Positions 1 to 9,037 are shown, counted from the first letter of the stretch. The stretch is DNA of 64,000 bases from Cyclobacteriaceae bacterium (GCA_028278225.1 JANQEU010000031.1:88347-152346); one strand, 5' to 3'. Made by a program: numbers and translations. The notes: generated from the sequence alone by a model not told the origin.

Positions 1-831
1 TTTGAGTTCTATTTCAGCCTTTGCTGAAGACATGTTCTTGTTTCTGTCGGTTGCCTCAGCTAATTCAACCTGTATCGCCTCGAATTCTTTTTTGGCATCA
101 TTGTAACTGCTTTCAATGAATTCCAGGTTATTTCGAACCTTCTCTATCTTATACTCAGTAATTTCATTAGTCAGCAAATCCACAATGTTAGCGGTCAACT
201 GTGCTGCAGCAATGGGATCCGGCATCTCGACTCTGACCATTATTACACCACTTTCTGTATCTACATTTATTACCATTCGATCCCTGAAGCTTTCCACTAA
301 CTGCCATTCCTCTAAACTTAATCTTATGAAATCAGATTCCTGGCTTGTTACCTGGTTGGATTTGAAAAATAATTTACGAAGCTGTCTCGGTAATCCTATG
401 GTATACTTGGTAAGGTATCCCAATGGTGATGGTTTATCGATTTCTGAAAAGTAATTAAATGAAGTAGTCTGATAGCCAAACCTTTCAAATTTTAACGTAT
501 CATTTATAACCTCTAATTGAAATGGAAGGCTATAGACAATTTCAGGATACAGCTCAGGCGTTAGGAGGCCCCCTCCTCCAAAATCGAGATTAATCCCTGC
601 CAACCCCGCTAACCCCCCTAATGATCCAAAATTATTTTGACCCCCTTCATGCGATTCAGGTAATAGTTTACAAGAAGCTTCAAATTCAACTTTATTGGTG
701 ATTGCAATAAATATCCCAATAATTGAAGTAATGATAGATAACTTAATTATAAACCTCTTTCGAGACCAAATTACTTTGCCCAATGCCAGTAAGTCAATTT
801 CCTGAGTCGATCTTGATTCATTCTCAGTCAT
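1..831 (-). CDS. Wzz-family polysaccharide chain-length determinant protein, N-terminal 277 codons (gene continues past the left edge)
   Basis: It is absent from the ORF track because it is open to base 1. I read the minus-strand frame triplet by triplet and found no stop between the ATG at 831-829 and base 1. The product begins MTENESRSTQEIDLLALGKVIWSRKRFIIKLSIITSIIGIFIAI: a short cytoplasmic head, a TM helix, then a long hydrophilic region, the usual Wzz/PCP layout. Its ATG overlaps the TGA of the upstream exporter gene (TGATG). Confidence 0.7.
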   Translation of the reverse strand, partial: MTENESRSTQEIDLLALGKVIWSRKRFIIKLSIITSIIGIFIAITNKVEFEASCKLLPESHEGGQNNFGSLGGLAGLAGINLDFGGGGLLTPELYPEIVYSLPFQLEVINDTLKFERFGYQTTSFNYFSEIDKPSPLGYLTKYTIGLPRQLRKLFFKSNQVTSQESDFIRLSLEEWQLVESFRDRMVINVDTESGVIMVRVEMPDPIAAAQLTANIVDLLTNEITEYKIEKVRNNLEFIESSYNDAKKEFEAIQVELAEATDRNKNMSSAKAEIELK

Positions 832-3311
832 CACAAGCGGGTAATAATTTGCTGAATCACAAGTGCCAAGGTCGCGGTACTCGAAGCAAGGGCGATCCAT
901 GCTTGGGGTGGCATGGGTTGACGTTCGGGTTTACTTGGCACAATTACTTCTGCTCCTGGCGCAACTGCCGGATAAATTTTGATTCCTAACAAACTTCGGG
1001 TCCTTCTTGCATTACCATTGGCATATATCACGTACGCACGTCTCTTTTTTGCTTCATCTGTAAAGCCACCTGCATTAGAAATAAATTCCCTGAATCCGTA
1101 GGTGTTGTCATATCTGACTGTCGCCGGATATAATACTTCCCCTCTGATTCTAACAGTTTGTAGCTCCCGAGATATACTCAGAATATCCCCTTCCTTTAAA
1201 ATGAGATCAAATTTGGAACCTGGACTTTCCAAAATTTTTGTCAATTCAATCCCAATCGATTCCTGCCGCTTAAGTGTTTGTGAAGTAACGTCGATGGCTG
1301 TGTCTCGTTGAAATTGTTCCAGTAGTTCTTCCCTTCTTAATCTCGCTGATTGTTCAGTTTCGCCTTTGTCATTGGAATCCACAAAAAATTCGGTTCTACG
1401 AATTAGAGTTGCTCCATCGGCATATGCGAAATCGGTCAATCCTCCGGCTCTCTTAAGGAGATCGGATATTTTTTCATCCCTTTTTGTCAGAACATACTTT
1501 CCAGGGAATTTGACCTCTCCCTCAATTTCGACAACTGATTGTTCCTCATAAATTGGAGATTTACGTACTACCACTAAATCAAAGGGTTGAAGGACAAATG
1601 TGGAGGACGACGGACCCACAGAGAGATCTTCAGAAATCGGGAAGTTAAAGATTTCTGAAACTATAGATTCGTCATTGTTATTTTTTATCCTTCTTGCGAC
1701 TTCAACGAAAGATGTGGCAGCAGATTCTTTAAATCCTCCAGCCAGATAGATAATGTCTTCAACGGTCATACCTTCGGAATATGGAAAATTACCAGGTACT
1801 TGGACTTCGCCTTCGACAGTGATGAAATAGTTCTCTATAAGATCAAACAAAGATTTAACTTTGATTAGATCCTCTGCCTGAAGTGGGACATCATACGTTC
1901 CATCTATCACCTCCGTAGGTATAAATGATATCGTAGTTAGATTGAAGTCATCCTCCTCACGTAGAATAACGGCTCTTTTCATGAAAGCATCCCCTCTAAA
2001 GCCATCTGCGAATTGAATAGCATCGGATAGCATTGATCCGGCCTTAATTTCGAATTCTCCAGGAAAATTCACAGCACCTTCAACGCGTACCCGTCCAGTA
2101 AATTGTTGAGTAATTCGTCCAATATTTATATGATCCCCACTCTGAATAGCAAAAAGATCAAGGGAGTCAAAACCTATTGTCTTTACTGTCCTTGTATTTT
2201 GAAGATTCCTCCGTAAAGAAATGTTCTTTTTGAAAGCGTTTTCAGTAAATCCCCCACTGAATTCGATGACCTTCTGCAGCGATTCCCCTTCAACAGTCTC
2301 ATAAAAGGCAGGTCTTTTAATCTCACCATCTACAGTAATTCGATTAATATAAGGCTTAACAAGAATCACATCCTGATCTTGAAGCATGATGTTATCACCC
2401 TTCCCATAAATCAAAAAATCATATGCGTCCAGAGTCGTTACCTCCTGACCACCTCTAAAAATTTTAATCTCTCTCAAAGAACCTGTTTCTGTGGGTCCAC
2501 CTGCAACATAAAGCGCATTAAACGCACTGGCGAAAGAAGATAATGTATAGGTTCCCGGGTATTTTACATCCCCTACCACATTCACTTTGATCGATCTGAT
2601 CTGTCCAAGATTTACCTGTGCAAAAGTATTTTGTTCGAGTGTACTGTATATCGACTTCAGTCTTTGCTTTATTCTCGATTCTGCCCTTTCTATTGTCAAT
2701 CCGTTCAAATAGATTGGACCAATATTGGGAACGGTGATCGATCCTTCAGGGCTTACATCCAAGACATAAGATTGCTCAGATGCACCCCAAACGTCGATAA
2801 TGATTTGATCTCCAGGACCGACCTGGTAATTTTTGGGGGTTGCTACGTTTAGACTTGGTTCAAAAGTAAAATTCTCATTCTCGAAAAAAGACAAACCAAA
2901 GATTTCAAGTTCGTCCGTTACCGAAACGGAATCCAAAAGATAGATTATAGAAAACGGGTCGAATGATGACTGTCTGTCCAGATCAATTTGCTCCCTCGTG
3001 GACAAATCACCCGGCATGGTTCTATAACGTTTCACGCCTGCTTCCTCGTCAATGTCTCCTTCTTGCATTTCGGCGATCCTTCGACGTAATTTAGAGATCT
3101 GTAAGGATGACATACCCCTAGCCCTGGCCAATACCTCCAATTGATCAATTGAATATCCTGAAGTTTCAACCTGCTCCACAAATCGTTGAATTTGCTCGCT
3201 TGTTAAATCATCTACATTAATATTTTGGAGATTTGGAATCGTTTGTCCCATGATCTCACCGAAAAAAAGTAGTAGGGATACAAATAGCAAGTACTTAATT
3301 CGATTTATCAT
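831..3311 (-). CDS. Polysaccharide export protein, Wza/KpsD-like with multiple SLBB repeats
   Basis: 826 aa with a signal peptide (MINRIKYLLFVSLLLFFGEIMGQ). A G.V..PG.Y unit recurs (GDVKYPGTYTL, GAVNFPGEFEI, GEVQVPGNFPY, GEVKFPGKYVL, GEVLYPATVRY), typical of the long Bacteroidota polysaccharide export proteins. It is coupled to the Wzz gene. Confidence 0.8.
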   Translation of the reverse strand: MINRIKYLLFVSLLLFFGEIMGQTIPNLQNINVDDLTSEQIQRFVEQVETSGYSIDQLEVLARARGMSSLQISKLRRRIAEMQEGDIDEEAGVKRYRTMPGDLSTREQIDLDRQSSFDPFSIIYLLDSVSVTDELEIFGLSFFENENFTFEPSLNVATPKNYQVGPGDQIIIDVWGASEQSYVLDVSPEGSITVPNIGPIYLNGLTIERAESRIKQRLKSIYSTLEQNTFAQVNLGQIRSIKVNVVGDVKYPGTYTLSSFASAFNALYVAGGPTETGSLREIKIFRGGQEVTTLDAYDFLIYGKGDNIMLQDQDVILVKPYINRITVDGEIKRPAFYETVEGESLQKVIEFSGGFTENAFKKNISLRRNLQNTRTVKTIGFDSLDLFAIQSGDHINIGRITQQFTGRVRVEGAVNFPGEFEIKAGSMLSDAIQFADGFRGDAFMKRAVILREEDDFNLTTISFIPTEVIDGTYDVPLQAEDLIKVKSLFDLIENYFITVEGEVQVPGNFPYSEGMTVEDIIYLAGGFKESAATSFVEVARRIKNNNDESIVSEIFNFPISEDLSVGPSSSTFVLQPFDLVVVRKSPIYEEQSVVEIEGEVKFPGKYVLTKRDEKISDLLKRAGGLTDFAYADGATLIRRTEFFVDSNDKGETEQSARLRREELLEQFQRDTAIDVTSQTLKRQESIGIELTKILESPGSKFDLILKEGDILSISRELQTVRIRGEVLYPATVRYDNTYGFREFISNAGGFTDEAKKRRAYVIYANGNARRTRSLLGIKIYPAVAPGAEVIVPSKPERQPMPPQAWIALASSTATLALVIQQIITRL

Positions 3312-3334
3312 TGTCCTCCATCAGAATTCGGGCG

Positions 3335-3342
3335 CAAAGATA
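3335..3342 (-). promoter_or_regulatory. Candidate Bacteroidota -7 promoter box (TATCTTTG) for the exporter-Wzz genes
   Basis: The plus strand reads CAAAGATA, which is TATCTTTG on the minus strand, an exact match to TAnnTTTG. It lies 23 nt upstream of the ATG at 3311, in the only sizeable gap (154 nt) of the locus. Confidence 0.45.
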
Positions 3343-3465
3343 AAGATATATTTTGGTAATCCACATGGCACTTAGGCCTTTACAAACCCGCCAACAAACC
3401 CTTGACAATCCGTGAGGTTCACAGATTCTGGCACCTAAATAAAGTAAGGACGAACAAGTAAGAGA

Positions 3466-4239
3466 TTACAGCAACTCTTTCCCGGAAACCAAAAAATGTG
3501 GATTCAATAGATTTTCTTTATTATATTTTACGGGCCTGAATGAATCTTTTTGCAGCACCTTTCCACCAGCTTCCTCCACAATAATTTGAGCCGCAGCCGT
3601 ATCCCATTCCATAGTTGGGGCATATCTGGGATATAGATCCGCGCTGCCATCTGCAACCATCAATAACTTCAAAGAACTCCCTTTTGACACAATGGCCGGC
3701 GAATCCAGCTTTTTCAGAAAATCCTCAGTATCTTGGTTCAAATGTGAACGAGAAGCAACTACGTTCAAGTTCGGATCTGAGAGCTTGAAAGAATTGACAT
3801 TTATACTGGTCTTCTTACCATCAATTTCTTTAAAAGATCCCTCTCCCCGTACGGCAAAATACAACTCACCCAAAACTGGCGCATAAACAACCCCAAGAAT
3901 TCCTCTTTGCCCATTTATTAGTGAAATATTCACCGTGAATTCTCCATTCCTTTTGATGAATTCTTTTGTGCCATCCAATGGATCAATCAACCAGAAATAC
4001 TCCCAGTTTTTTCTTTCATTGTAGGAAATATCCCCCCCCTCTTCACTCAAAATAGGCAATCCTGTTTGTTCTAAAAACCTGACAGTTGTTTTATGAGAAG
4101 CCTTATCCGCCAACGTAAGAGGTGAATTGTCGGACTTCGATTCGATGTAAAAATCACCGGATTCGTATATCTTTAGTATCTTTTTACCTGCCTGGATGGC
4201 TGCAGTCTTAGCTATTTCCAGTGGTTGTGTTAAATCCAT
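3466..4239 (-). CDS. cysQ: 3'(2'),5'-bisphosphate nucleotidase (PAP phosphatase)
   Basis: 257 aa with inositol-monophosphatase-fold motifs LSEEGG, WLIDPLDGTKEF and WDTAAA. Its size and its position next to cysN fit CysQ. Confidence 0.85.
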   Translation of the reverse strand: MDLTQPLEIAKTAAIQAGKKILKIYESGDFYIESKSDNSPLTLADKASHKTTVRFLEQTGLPILSEEGGDISYNERKNWEYFWLIDPLDGTKEFIKRNGEFTVNISLINGQRGILGVVYAPVLGELYFAVRGEGSFKEIDGKKTSINVNSFKLSDPNLNVVASRSHLNQDTEDFLKKLDSPAIVSKGSSLKLLMVADGSADLYPRYAPTMEWDTAAAQIIVEEAGGKVLQKDSFRPVKYNKENLLNPHFLVSGKELL

Positions 4240-4293
4240 TAATATCCAGGTTCTATTGACGAGATCCTTCGCTTCGCTCTGGAATACATAAAC

Positions 4294-5535
4294 TTATATT
4301 ATCATCCCTGCAGCTACAGTTTCATTTGTGCCTTCGTCAACCAATATCAGGCTTCCGGTATTTCGATTTTTCTTGTAGGAATCTGCTAAAATAGGTTTGG
4401 TCGACCGAAGTGAAATTCTACATATGTCATTCATCTTGATATTCTTATCATCTTCTATTCTATGTAAGGTGTTGATATCCAGCTTGTATCGAATTTCCTT
4501 GATCATCGCCTTCATATCCGTAGTTGTGTGACGAAGTATGTATTTGGTTCTTGGTCTTGGCCCCATTGAATTTAACCAGCACATCATAACTTCGATATCT
4601 TGCATGACTTCTGGCTGATTGTTGGTCCTGACAATCATATCGCCCCTGCTAATGTCTATATCGTCCGTAAGGGTGATGGTTACTGACATTGGCGCGAATG
4701 CTTCCTCAATTGGTCCATCATAAGTATCGATCGACTTTATCCTGGATGTGAATCCTGAAGGTAGCACGACCACTTCATCACCAGGCTTGAAAATTCCGCC
4801 AGCAACCCTTCCAGCATACCCCCTGTAATCATGGAACTTGTCGTTTTTAGGTCTGATTACAGTCTGCACGGGGAAACGACAGTCAATGTGATTGTGATCA
4901 CTGCTGATATGCAAGTTTTCCAGGGTATAAAGTAGGGTGGAACCTTTGTACCAAGGTGTGTTCTTGCTCCTTTCAACTACATTATCACCTTTCAGGGCGC
5001 TTATCGGGATAAACTGCACATCATGAACATCCAGTTTCGAAGCAAATACTTCGTAGTCAATTTTGATTTTCTCATATACATCCCGGTTATACTCAACCAG
5101 ATCCATTTTATTTATGCAGACGATAATATGTGGTATTTGCAGGAGAGAAGCAATAATAGAATGTCTGCATGTCTGTTCAAGCACCCCATTTCGTGCATCT
5201 ATTAGAATTATCGCCGCATTCGCGGTTGATGCACCGGTTACCATGTTCCGGGTATATTGAATATGGCCCGGAGTATCAGCAATTATGAACTTCCGTCTTG
5301 GTGTAGCAAAATACCGGTATGCTACATCAATGGTAATACCTTGTTCTCGTTCGTCTTTTAGACCGTCTGTTAGCAAAGCAAGATCCGTGTGATCCAATCC
5401 CATCCTATTGCTGGATTGCTTTACCTGATCCAGCTGGTCTTCAAAGATGGATTTCGAATCATACAACAATCGACCTATTAGTGTGCTTTTCCCATCATCA
5501 ACGCTCCCCGCTGTCGTGAAGCGGAGGAGTTCCAT
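4294..5535 (-). CDS. cysN: Sulfate adenylyltransferase subunit 1 (GTPase)
   Basis: GTPase motifs GSVDDGKSTLIGRLL, DTPGH and NKMD; there is no fused APS-kinase domain. I place the start at ATG 5535-5533 (MELLRFTTAG). The 20 extra codons of the track ORF (MSNKQPTANSQWPIANGYLD) are just the translated heptamer repeat. Confidence 0.9.
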   Translation of the reverse strand: MELLRFTTAGSVDDGKSTLIGRLLYDSKSIFEDQLDQVKQSSNRMGLDHTDLALLTDGLKDEREQGITIDVAYRYFATPRRKFIIADTPGHIQYTRNMVTGASTANAAIILIDARNGVLEQTCRHSIIASLLQIPHIIVCINKMDLVEYNRDVYEKIKIDYEVFASKLDVHDVQFIPISALKGDNVVERSKNTPWYKGSTLLYTLENLHISSDHNHIDCRFPVQTVIRPKNDKFHDYRGYAGRVAGGIFKPGDEVVVLPSGFTSRIKSIDTYDGPIEEAFAPMSVTITLTDDIDISRGDMIVRTNNQPEVMQDIEVMMCWLNSMGPRPRTKYILRHTTTDMKAMIKEIRYKLDINTLHRIEDDKNIKMNDICRISLRSTKPILADSYKKNRNTGSLILVDEGTNETVAAGMII

Positions 5536-5543
5536 ATCCAGGT

Positions 5544-5585
5544 AGCCATTGGCAATGGGCCATTGGCTGTTGGCTGTTGGCTGTT
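5544..5585. repeat. Six tandem degenerate heptamers (minus strand: AACAGCC x3, AATGGCC, CATTGCC, AATGGCT)
   Basis: Read directly from the sequence. On the plus strand: agccatt ggcaatg ggccatt ggctgtt ggctgtt ggctgtt. The array lies between the four-helix-bundle gene stop (5597) and the cysN ATG (5535). Confidence 0.9.
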
Positions 5586-5596
5586 TGTTAGACATT

Positions 5597-5947
5597 TTAT
5601 TTTAACTTATTTCTTAATGCATTTAGTTGTCTAGATAGGCCATCGATCGTTAGAATAGATTCTCCAGCTTGCTTTTCACTGATAAATTCCAGTTTCTCGG
5701 CAAGAATAAGCAGGTTCTTTACTTCATTTCCTGAGCCTATAGCAATTTCTATAAACCGCTTGAAGTCTTCTTCATAGCTGCGACTGGCCCCTTCTGCAAT
5801 ATTTAACGAAATCGAAACAACAGCCCTGCGTATTTGCGACGTCAATCCGAACCTCTCTTCATCTGGAAATACCCCTGAAACTTGATAAATATTTACGGCA
5901 AAATCGATTGCCTTATTCCAGACTTCATATTTCGTGAAATCTCTCAC
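5597..5947 (-). CDS. Four-helix-bundle protein (23S rRNA intervening-sequence protein family, PF05635)
   Basis: 116 aa with a GTG start. KYEVWNKAIDFAVNIYQVSGVFPDEERFGLTSQIRRAVVSISLNIAEGASR is the hallmark pattern of this family. The gene is inserted between cysD and cysN. Confidence 0.8.
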   Translation of the reverse strand: MRDFTKYEVWNKAIDFAVNIYQVSGVFPDEERFGLTSQIRRAVVSISLNIAEGASRSYEEDFKRFIEIAIGSGNEVKNLLILAEKLEFISEKQAGESILTIDGLSRQLNALRNKLK

Positions 5948-5991
5948 ATTAACTTTGATTATAGTTCTCTGGTTATTGCATTCATGGTTCC

Positions 5992-6028
5992 TGGCTAAAA
6001 ACTAATGGCTAAAAAGCCAAAAAGCCAT
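5992..6028. repeat. GGCT/AGCC short-repeat block with an ATGGCT...AGCCAT inverted repeat
   Basis: The plus strand reads tggctaaaaactaatggctaaaaagccaaaaagccat. TGGCTAAAAA occurs twice. ATGGCT (6005-6010) and AGCCAT (6023-6028) are inverted. The block abuts the cysD stop codon (6028-6030). Confidence 0.85.
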
Positions 6029-6933
6029 CAAAAATATCCCTCCCTCTTCCGATCTTCCATTGAAGTCTCAGATCTCTTATCATCCTCCCTGTTTCCCCTT
6101 TCAGTCTGGCGGGCAGCGGCCACTTCCTCAACAATTTTTGCAAGCGTATCCGCATTTGATTCTATGCCTCCCGTTATCGTAATGTCACCTAAAGTTCTAA
6201 ATCTTATTTTCTTCCTAATGATCTGATCTTTTTCATCAAGTTGGATAAACTCAGATATTGGGAGCCACGTCCCATTTCGCCGAATCACCTCTCTTTCATG
6301 AGCAAAATAGAGGGGTGGAATTTTGATATTTTCAGATAAGATGTATTGCCACACATCCATTTCCGTCCAGTTACTCAACGGAAAAACCCTAAAATGTTCT
6401 CCCTGCTGATATTTACCATTAAAGATGTTCCATAACTCAGGTCGCTGATTTTTCGGATCCCACTGACCGAATTCATCCCGATGTGAAAAAAAACGCTCTT
6501 TCGCTCTAGCTTTTTCCTCATCTCTTCGAGCGCCACCTATGCATACATCAAATTGGTTTTCTTCGATTGCGTCAAGTAATGTGATAGTCTGGATCACATT
6601 TCGGGAAGCATTTCTTCCTTTTTCTTCCACGGCCCTTCCTTCATCAATTGATTTTTGTACGGATCCTACCACAAGTCTCACACCTAATTCCTCAACCAAA
6701 TCATTTCTAAATTTCATGGTTTCAGGAAAATTGTGCCCGCTATCTATATGAAACAACGGAAAAGGAATTCTTGCCGGGAAAAATGCCTTTCTGGCCAAAT
6801 GGGTAACCACTATGGAATCTTTACCCCCCGAAAACAGGATGGCGGGATTTTGAAATTGCGAGAACACTTCGCGTAATACATAAATGGATTCCGCTTCAAG
6901 TTCACGTAAATGTGTTAAACTATAGCTCTTCAT
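6028..6933 (-). CDS. cysD: Sulfate adenylyltransferase subunit 2
   Basis: 301 aa with the PP-loop motif FSGGKDS and CysD-like sequence throughout (HIDSGHNFPE, GGARRDEEKARAKERFFS). Confidence 0.92.
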   Translation of the reverse strand: MKSYSLTHLRELEAESIYVLREVFSQFQNPAILFSGGKDSIVVTHLARKAFFPARIPFPLFHIDSGHNFPETMKFRNDLVEELGVRLVVGSVQKSIDEGRAVEEKGRNASRNVIQTITLLDAIEENQFDVCIGGARRDEEKARAKERFFSHRDEFGQWDPKNQRPELWNIFNGKYQQGEHFRVFPLSNWTEMDVWQYILSENIKIPPLYFAHEREVIRRNGTWLPISEFIQLDEKDQIIRKKIRFRTLGDITITGGIESNADTLAKIVEEVAAARQTERGNREDDKRSETSMEDRKREGYF

Positions 6934-6938
6934 AGTTA

Positions 6939-7538
6939 CTAAAATTGAATTGCAGGCAATACTTTTTCAATTACCTGGTTAACTGAATCTGAAAGAGATT
7001 GCTTGGCTGTCTTCACCTGAATATCGGGAGTTAATGGCTCTTCAAACGGAGAATCGATTCCGGTAAAATTCTGTATTAATCCTTTCCGGGCCTTAGCGTA
7101 TAATCCCTTAACATCTCGTTGTTCACATACCTCCAGAGGGCAATCGACGAAAATTTCAAGAAAGTTATGATCACCCACCAGTTTTTTCGCCAGGGCACGT
7201 TCACTTCGAAATGGCGAAATAAATGCCGTCATAACCACCAATCCCGCATCTACGAAAAGTTTCGAAACTTCAGCGATACGCCTGATATTTTCGGTTCTTC
7301 CCTCATCGCTAAAGTCCAAATCTTTGTTTAATCCACTGCGAATGTTGTCACCATCCAGGATGTAGGTTCTAATTCCTTTTTGAAAAAGTATATTTTCAAC
7401 ATTACTGGCAATAGAGGATTTGCCAGACCCGCTAAGACCTGTGAACCACATCAACTTTGGTAAATGACCATTTTTTTCTATACGATCCTTCATTTGAATA
7501 AAATGGTCATGCGGAATAATATTTTCGCTAATGCTCAT
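6939..7538 (-). CDS. cysC: Adenylylsulfate (APS) kinase
   Basis: P-loop FTGLSGSGKSSIA. I place the start at ATG 7538 (MSISENIIPHDH...), which fits the usual CysC N-terminus. The track start at 7583 would overlap the upstream gene by 56 nt. Confidence 0.88.
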   Translation of the reverse strand: MSISENIIPHDHFIQMKDRIEKNGHLPKLMWFTGLSGSGKSSIASNVENILFQKGIRTYILDGDNIRSGLNKDLDFSDEGRTENIRRIAEVSKLFVDAGLVVMTAFISPFRSERALAKKLVGDHNFLEIFVDCPLEVCEQRDVKGLYAKARKGLIQNFTGIDSPFEEPLTPDIQVKTAKQSLSDSVNQVIEKVLPAIQF

Positions 7539-7767
7539 CCACTTTATGTCTTCCAAACCGGATATTGTACCATGCACGCTCATGCAGATAATAAAACAAC
7601 ATTTTAAGAAATATTTCAGTTACTGCTACGCCCGTAGCTTTTTGTGTAGCTAACGGATCATCTCTGAAAAAAATAAGCGCTAAAACGAAAGTTGTAAGAG
7701 ATGCAATTATTCTCCACGAAATTGTCTTCAATATGGCGCGAACCTTACTCTTGTCTTTAAAAAGCAT
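7528..7767 (-). CDS. DUF2061 family small membrane protein
   Basis: 79 aa with KTISWRIIASLTTF and YYLHERAW motifs and two hydrophobic segments. From memory, this family is commonly found with sulfate-assimilation genes. Confidence 0.65.
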   Translation of the reverse strand: MLFKDKSKVRAILKTISWRIIASLTTFVLALIFFRDDPLATQKATGVAVTEIFLKMLFYYLHERAWYNIRFGRHKVDEH

Positions 7768-7776
7768 ACTACTCGT

Positions 7777-9033
7777 TTAAAGCCGCGAAGTTACAACATC
7801 ATTTGGAAGTGTCCCCTTAACATCGAAGACTACTTTGTTATTTAAATCTAAATTTTCCCAATCTAAGTTTTGAAACTCCCTGTGAGCCACAGCGGCAACA
7901 ATGGCTTCATATTTAGCTATTGTTAAAGAATTAATCAATTCAATCCCATATTCCCTACTAACCTCATCCGGATCAGCATGGGGATCATAAACATCAACAT
8001 CAAAACCATACTCTGTGAACTCCTTCTCTATATCTATTACCCGTGTATTGCGAATATCCGGACAATTCTCTTTGAATGTTATCCCCAGAATTAGAATTTT
8101 GAGATCACTTTTGAGAAGTTTCTTTGAAGCTAACAATTTCATTACACGGCTGGCAACATAGCTTCCCATTTCATCATTTACGCTTCTGCCGGATAGAATT
8201 ACCCTTGACTTGTAACCTACCTCTTCCGCTTTATGTGTGAGATAGTAAGGATCAACACCAATACAATGACCTCCCACCAAACCAGGTGAAAAATTCAGGA
8301 AATTCCATTTGGTACCGGCTGCTTTCAAAACTTCTAAAGTATCTATCCCAATTCTTTCGAAGATGATTGAAAGCTCATTAACAAATGCAATGTTGATATC
8401 ACGCTGAGCATTTTCAATAACTTTAGCTGCTTCAGCAACCTTTATACTACTGGCCAGGAAGGTTCCGGCTGGAATAATAGAACTGTAAAATTCATCAATT
8501 TTATGTCCGATTTCGGGAGTGCTGCCGCTAGTAACCTTTTTAATATCAGATAAACGATGTGTTTTATCTCCCGGGTTTATTCGCTCAGGTGAGTATCCAC
8601 AGTAAAAATCTTTGTTGAATTTAAGTTGACTAAACTTTTCCAGAATTGGGACACAGACCTCCTCTGTAACACCAGGATATACTGTCGATTCATAGATAAC
8701 AATATCTCCTTTGTCAAGTACCCCAGCAACCATTTTCGTGGCTCTTTCAACTAGGGAAAGATCGGGCTTATTGTGTTTGTCAACAGGGGTCGGAACGGTT
8801 ACAATATAGAAGTTTGCGTCTCGAAGATCCCTTTCATTATCTGAGAATTTAAGCATCTTGGCTAAAGCAATTTCAGCTTCACTGACTTCCAGGGTCTTGT
8901 CATTCCCTCTTTGTAAATATGTAATTCGCCCTGCATCAATATCAAAACCTATTGTTTCGTATTGCTTCCCCACCTCAACAGCTAAGGGTAGACCAACGTA
9001 ACCCAAGCCAATTACAGCCACCTTATAACTCAT
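7777..9033 (-). CDS. UDP-N-acetylhexosamine 6-dehydrogenase (TviB/WbpO family nucleotide-sugar dehydrogenase)
   Basis: 418 aa with NAD-binding VIGLGYVGLPLA, catalytic-Cys region GGHCIGVDPYYL, YSPERINPGDK and FKENCPDIRNTR. It resembles TviB/WbpO closely along its whole length. Confidence 0.8.
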   Translation of the reverse strand: MSYKVAVIGLGYVGLPLAVEVGKQYETIGFDIDAGRITYLQRGNDKTLEVSEAEIALAKMLKFSDNERDLRDANFYIVTVPTPVDKHNKPDLSLVERATKMVAGVLDKGDIVIYESTVYPGVTEEVCVPILEKFSQLKFNKDFYCGYSPERINPGDKTHRLSDIKKVTSGSTPEIGHKIDEFYSSIIPAGTFLASSIKVAEAAKVIENAQRDINIAFVNELSIIFERIGIDTLEVLKAAGTKWNFLNFSPGLVGGHCIGVDPYYLTHKAEEVGYKSRVILSGRSVNDEMGSYVASRVMKLLASKKLLKSDLKILILGITFKENCPDIRNTRVIDIEKEFTEYGFDVDVYDPHADPDEVSREYGIELINSLTIAKYEAIVAAVAHREFQNLDWENLDLNNKVVFDVKGTLPNDVVTSRL

Positions 9034-9037
9034 TTGA

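Noticed and set aside
116-454. A 112-aa plus-strand ORF at the left edge, and the 68-aa ORF at 783-989.
   Set aside because: Both lie antisense to, or out of frame with, the open Wzz and exporter reading frames. Their composition is low-complexity and they have no recognisable motif.
3343-3465. Two TGGCAC motifs and a duplicated ACAAACCC in the cysQ-exporter spacer, considered as sigma-54 promoter elements or a small RNA.
   Set aside because: The TGGCAC copies are on the non-coding (plus) strand relative to the flanking genes and lack the TTGC element at the right spacing. I saw no convincing hairpin or conserved RNA fold.
5536-5595. The 20-codon N-terminal extension of CysN in the track (MSNKQPTANSQWPIANGYLD).
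   Set aside because: It is the literal translation of the tandem heptamer repeat. The conserved CysN N-terminus begins at MELLRFTTAGSVDDGKS (ATG 5535).
5597-5947. The possibility that the four-helix-bundle (Avd-fold) gene marks a diversity-generating retroelement.
   Set aside because: There is no reverse transcriptase gene and no template/variable repeat pair anywhere in the window. The neighbours are cysD and cysN.
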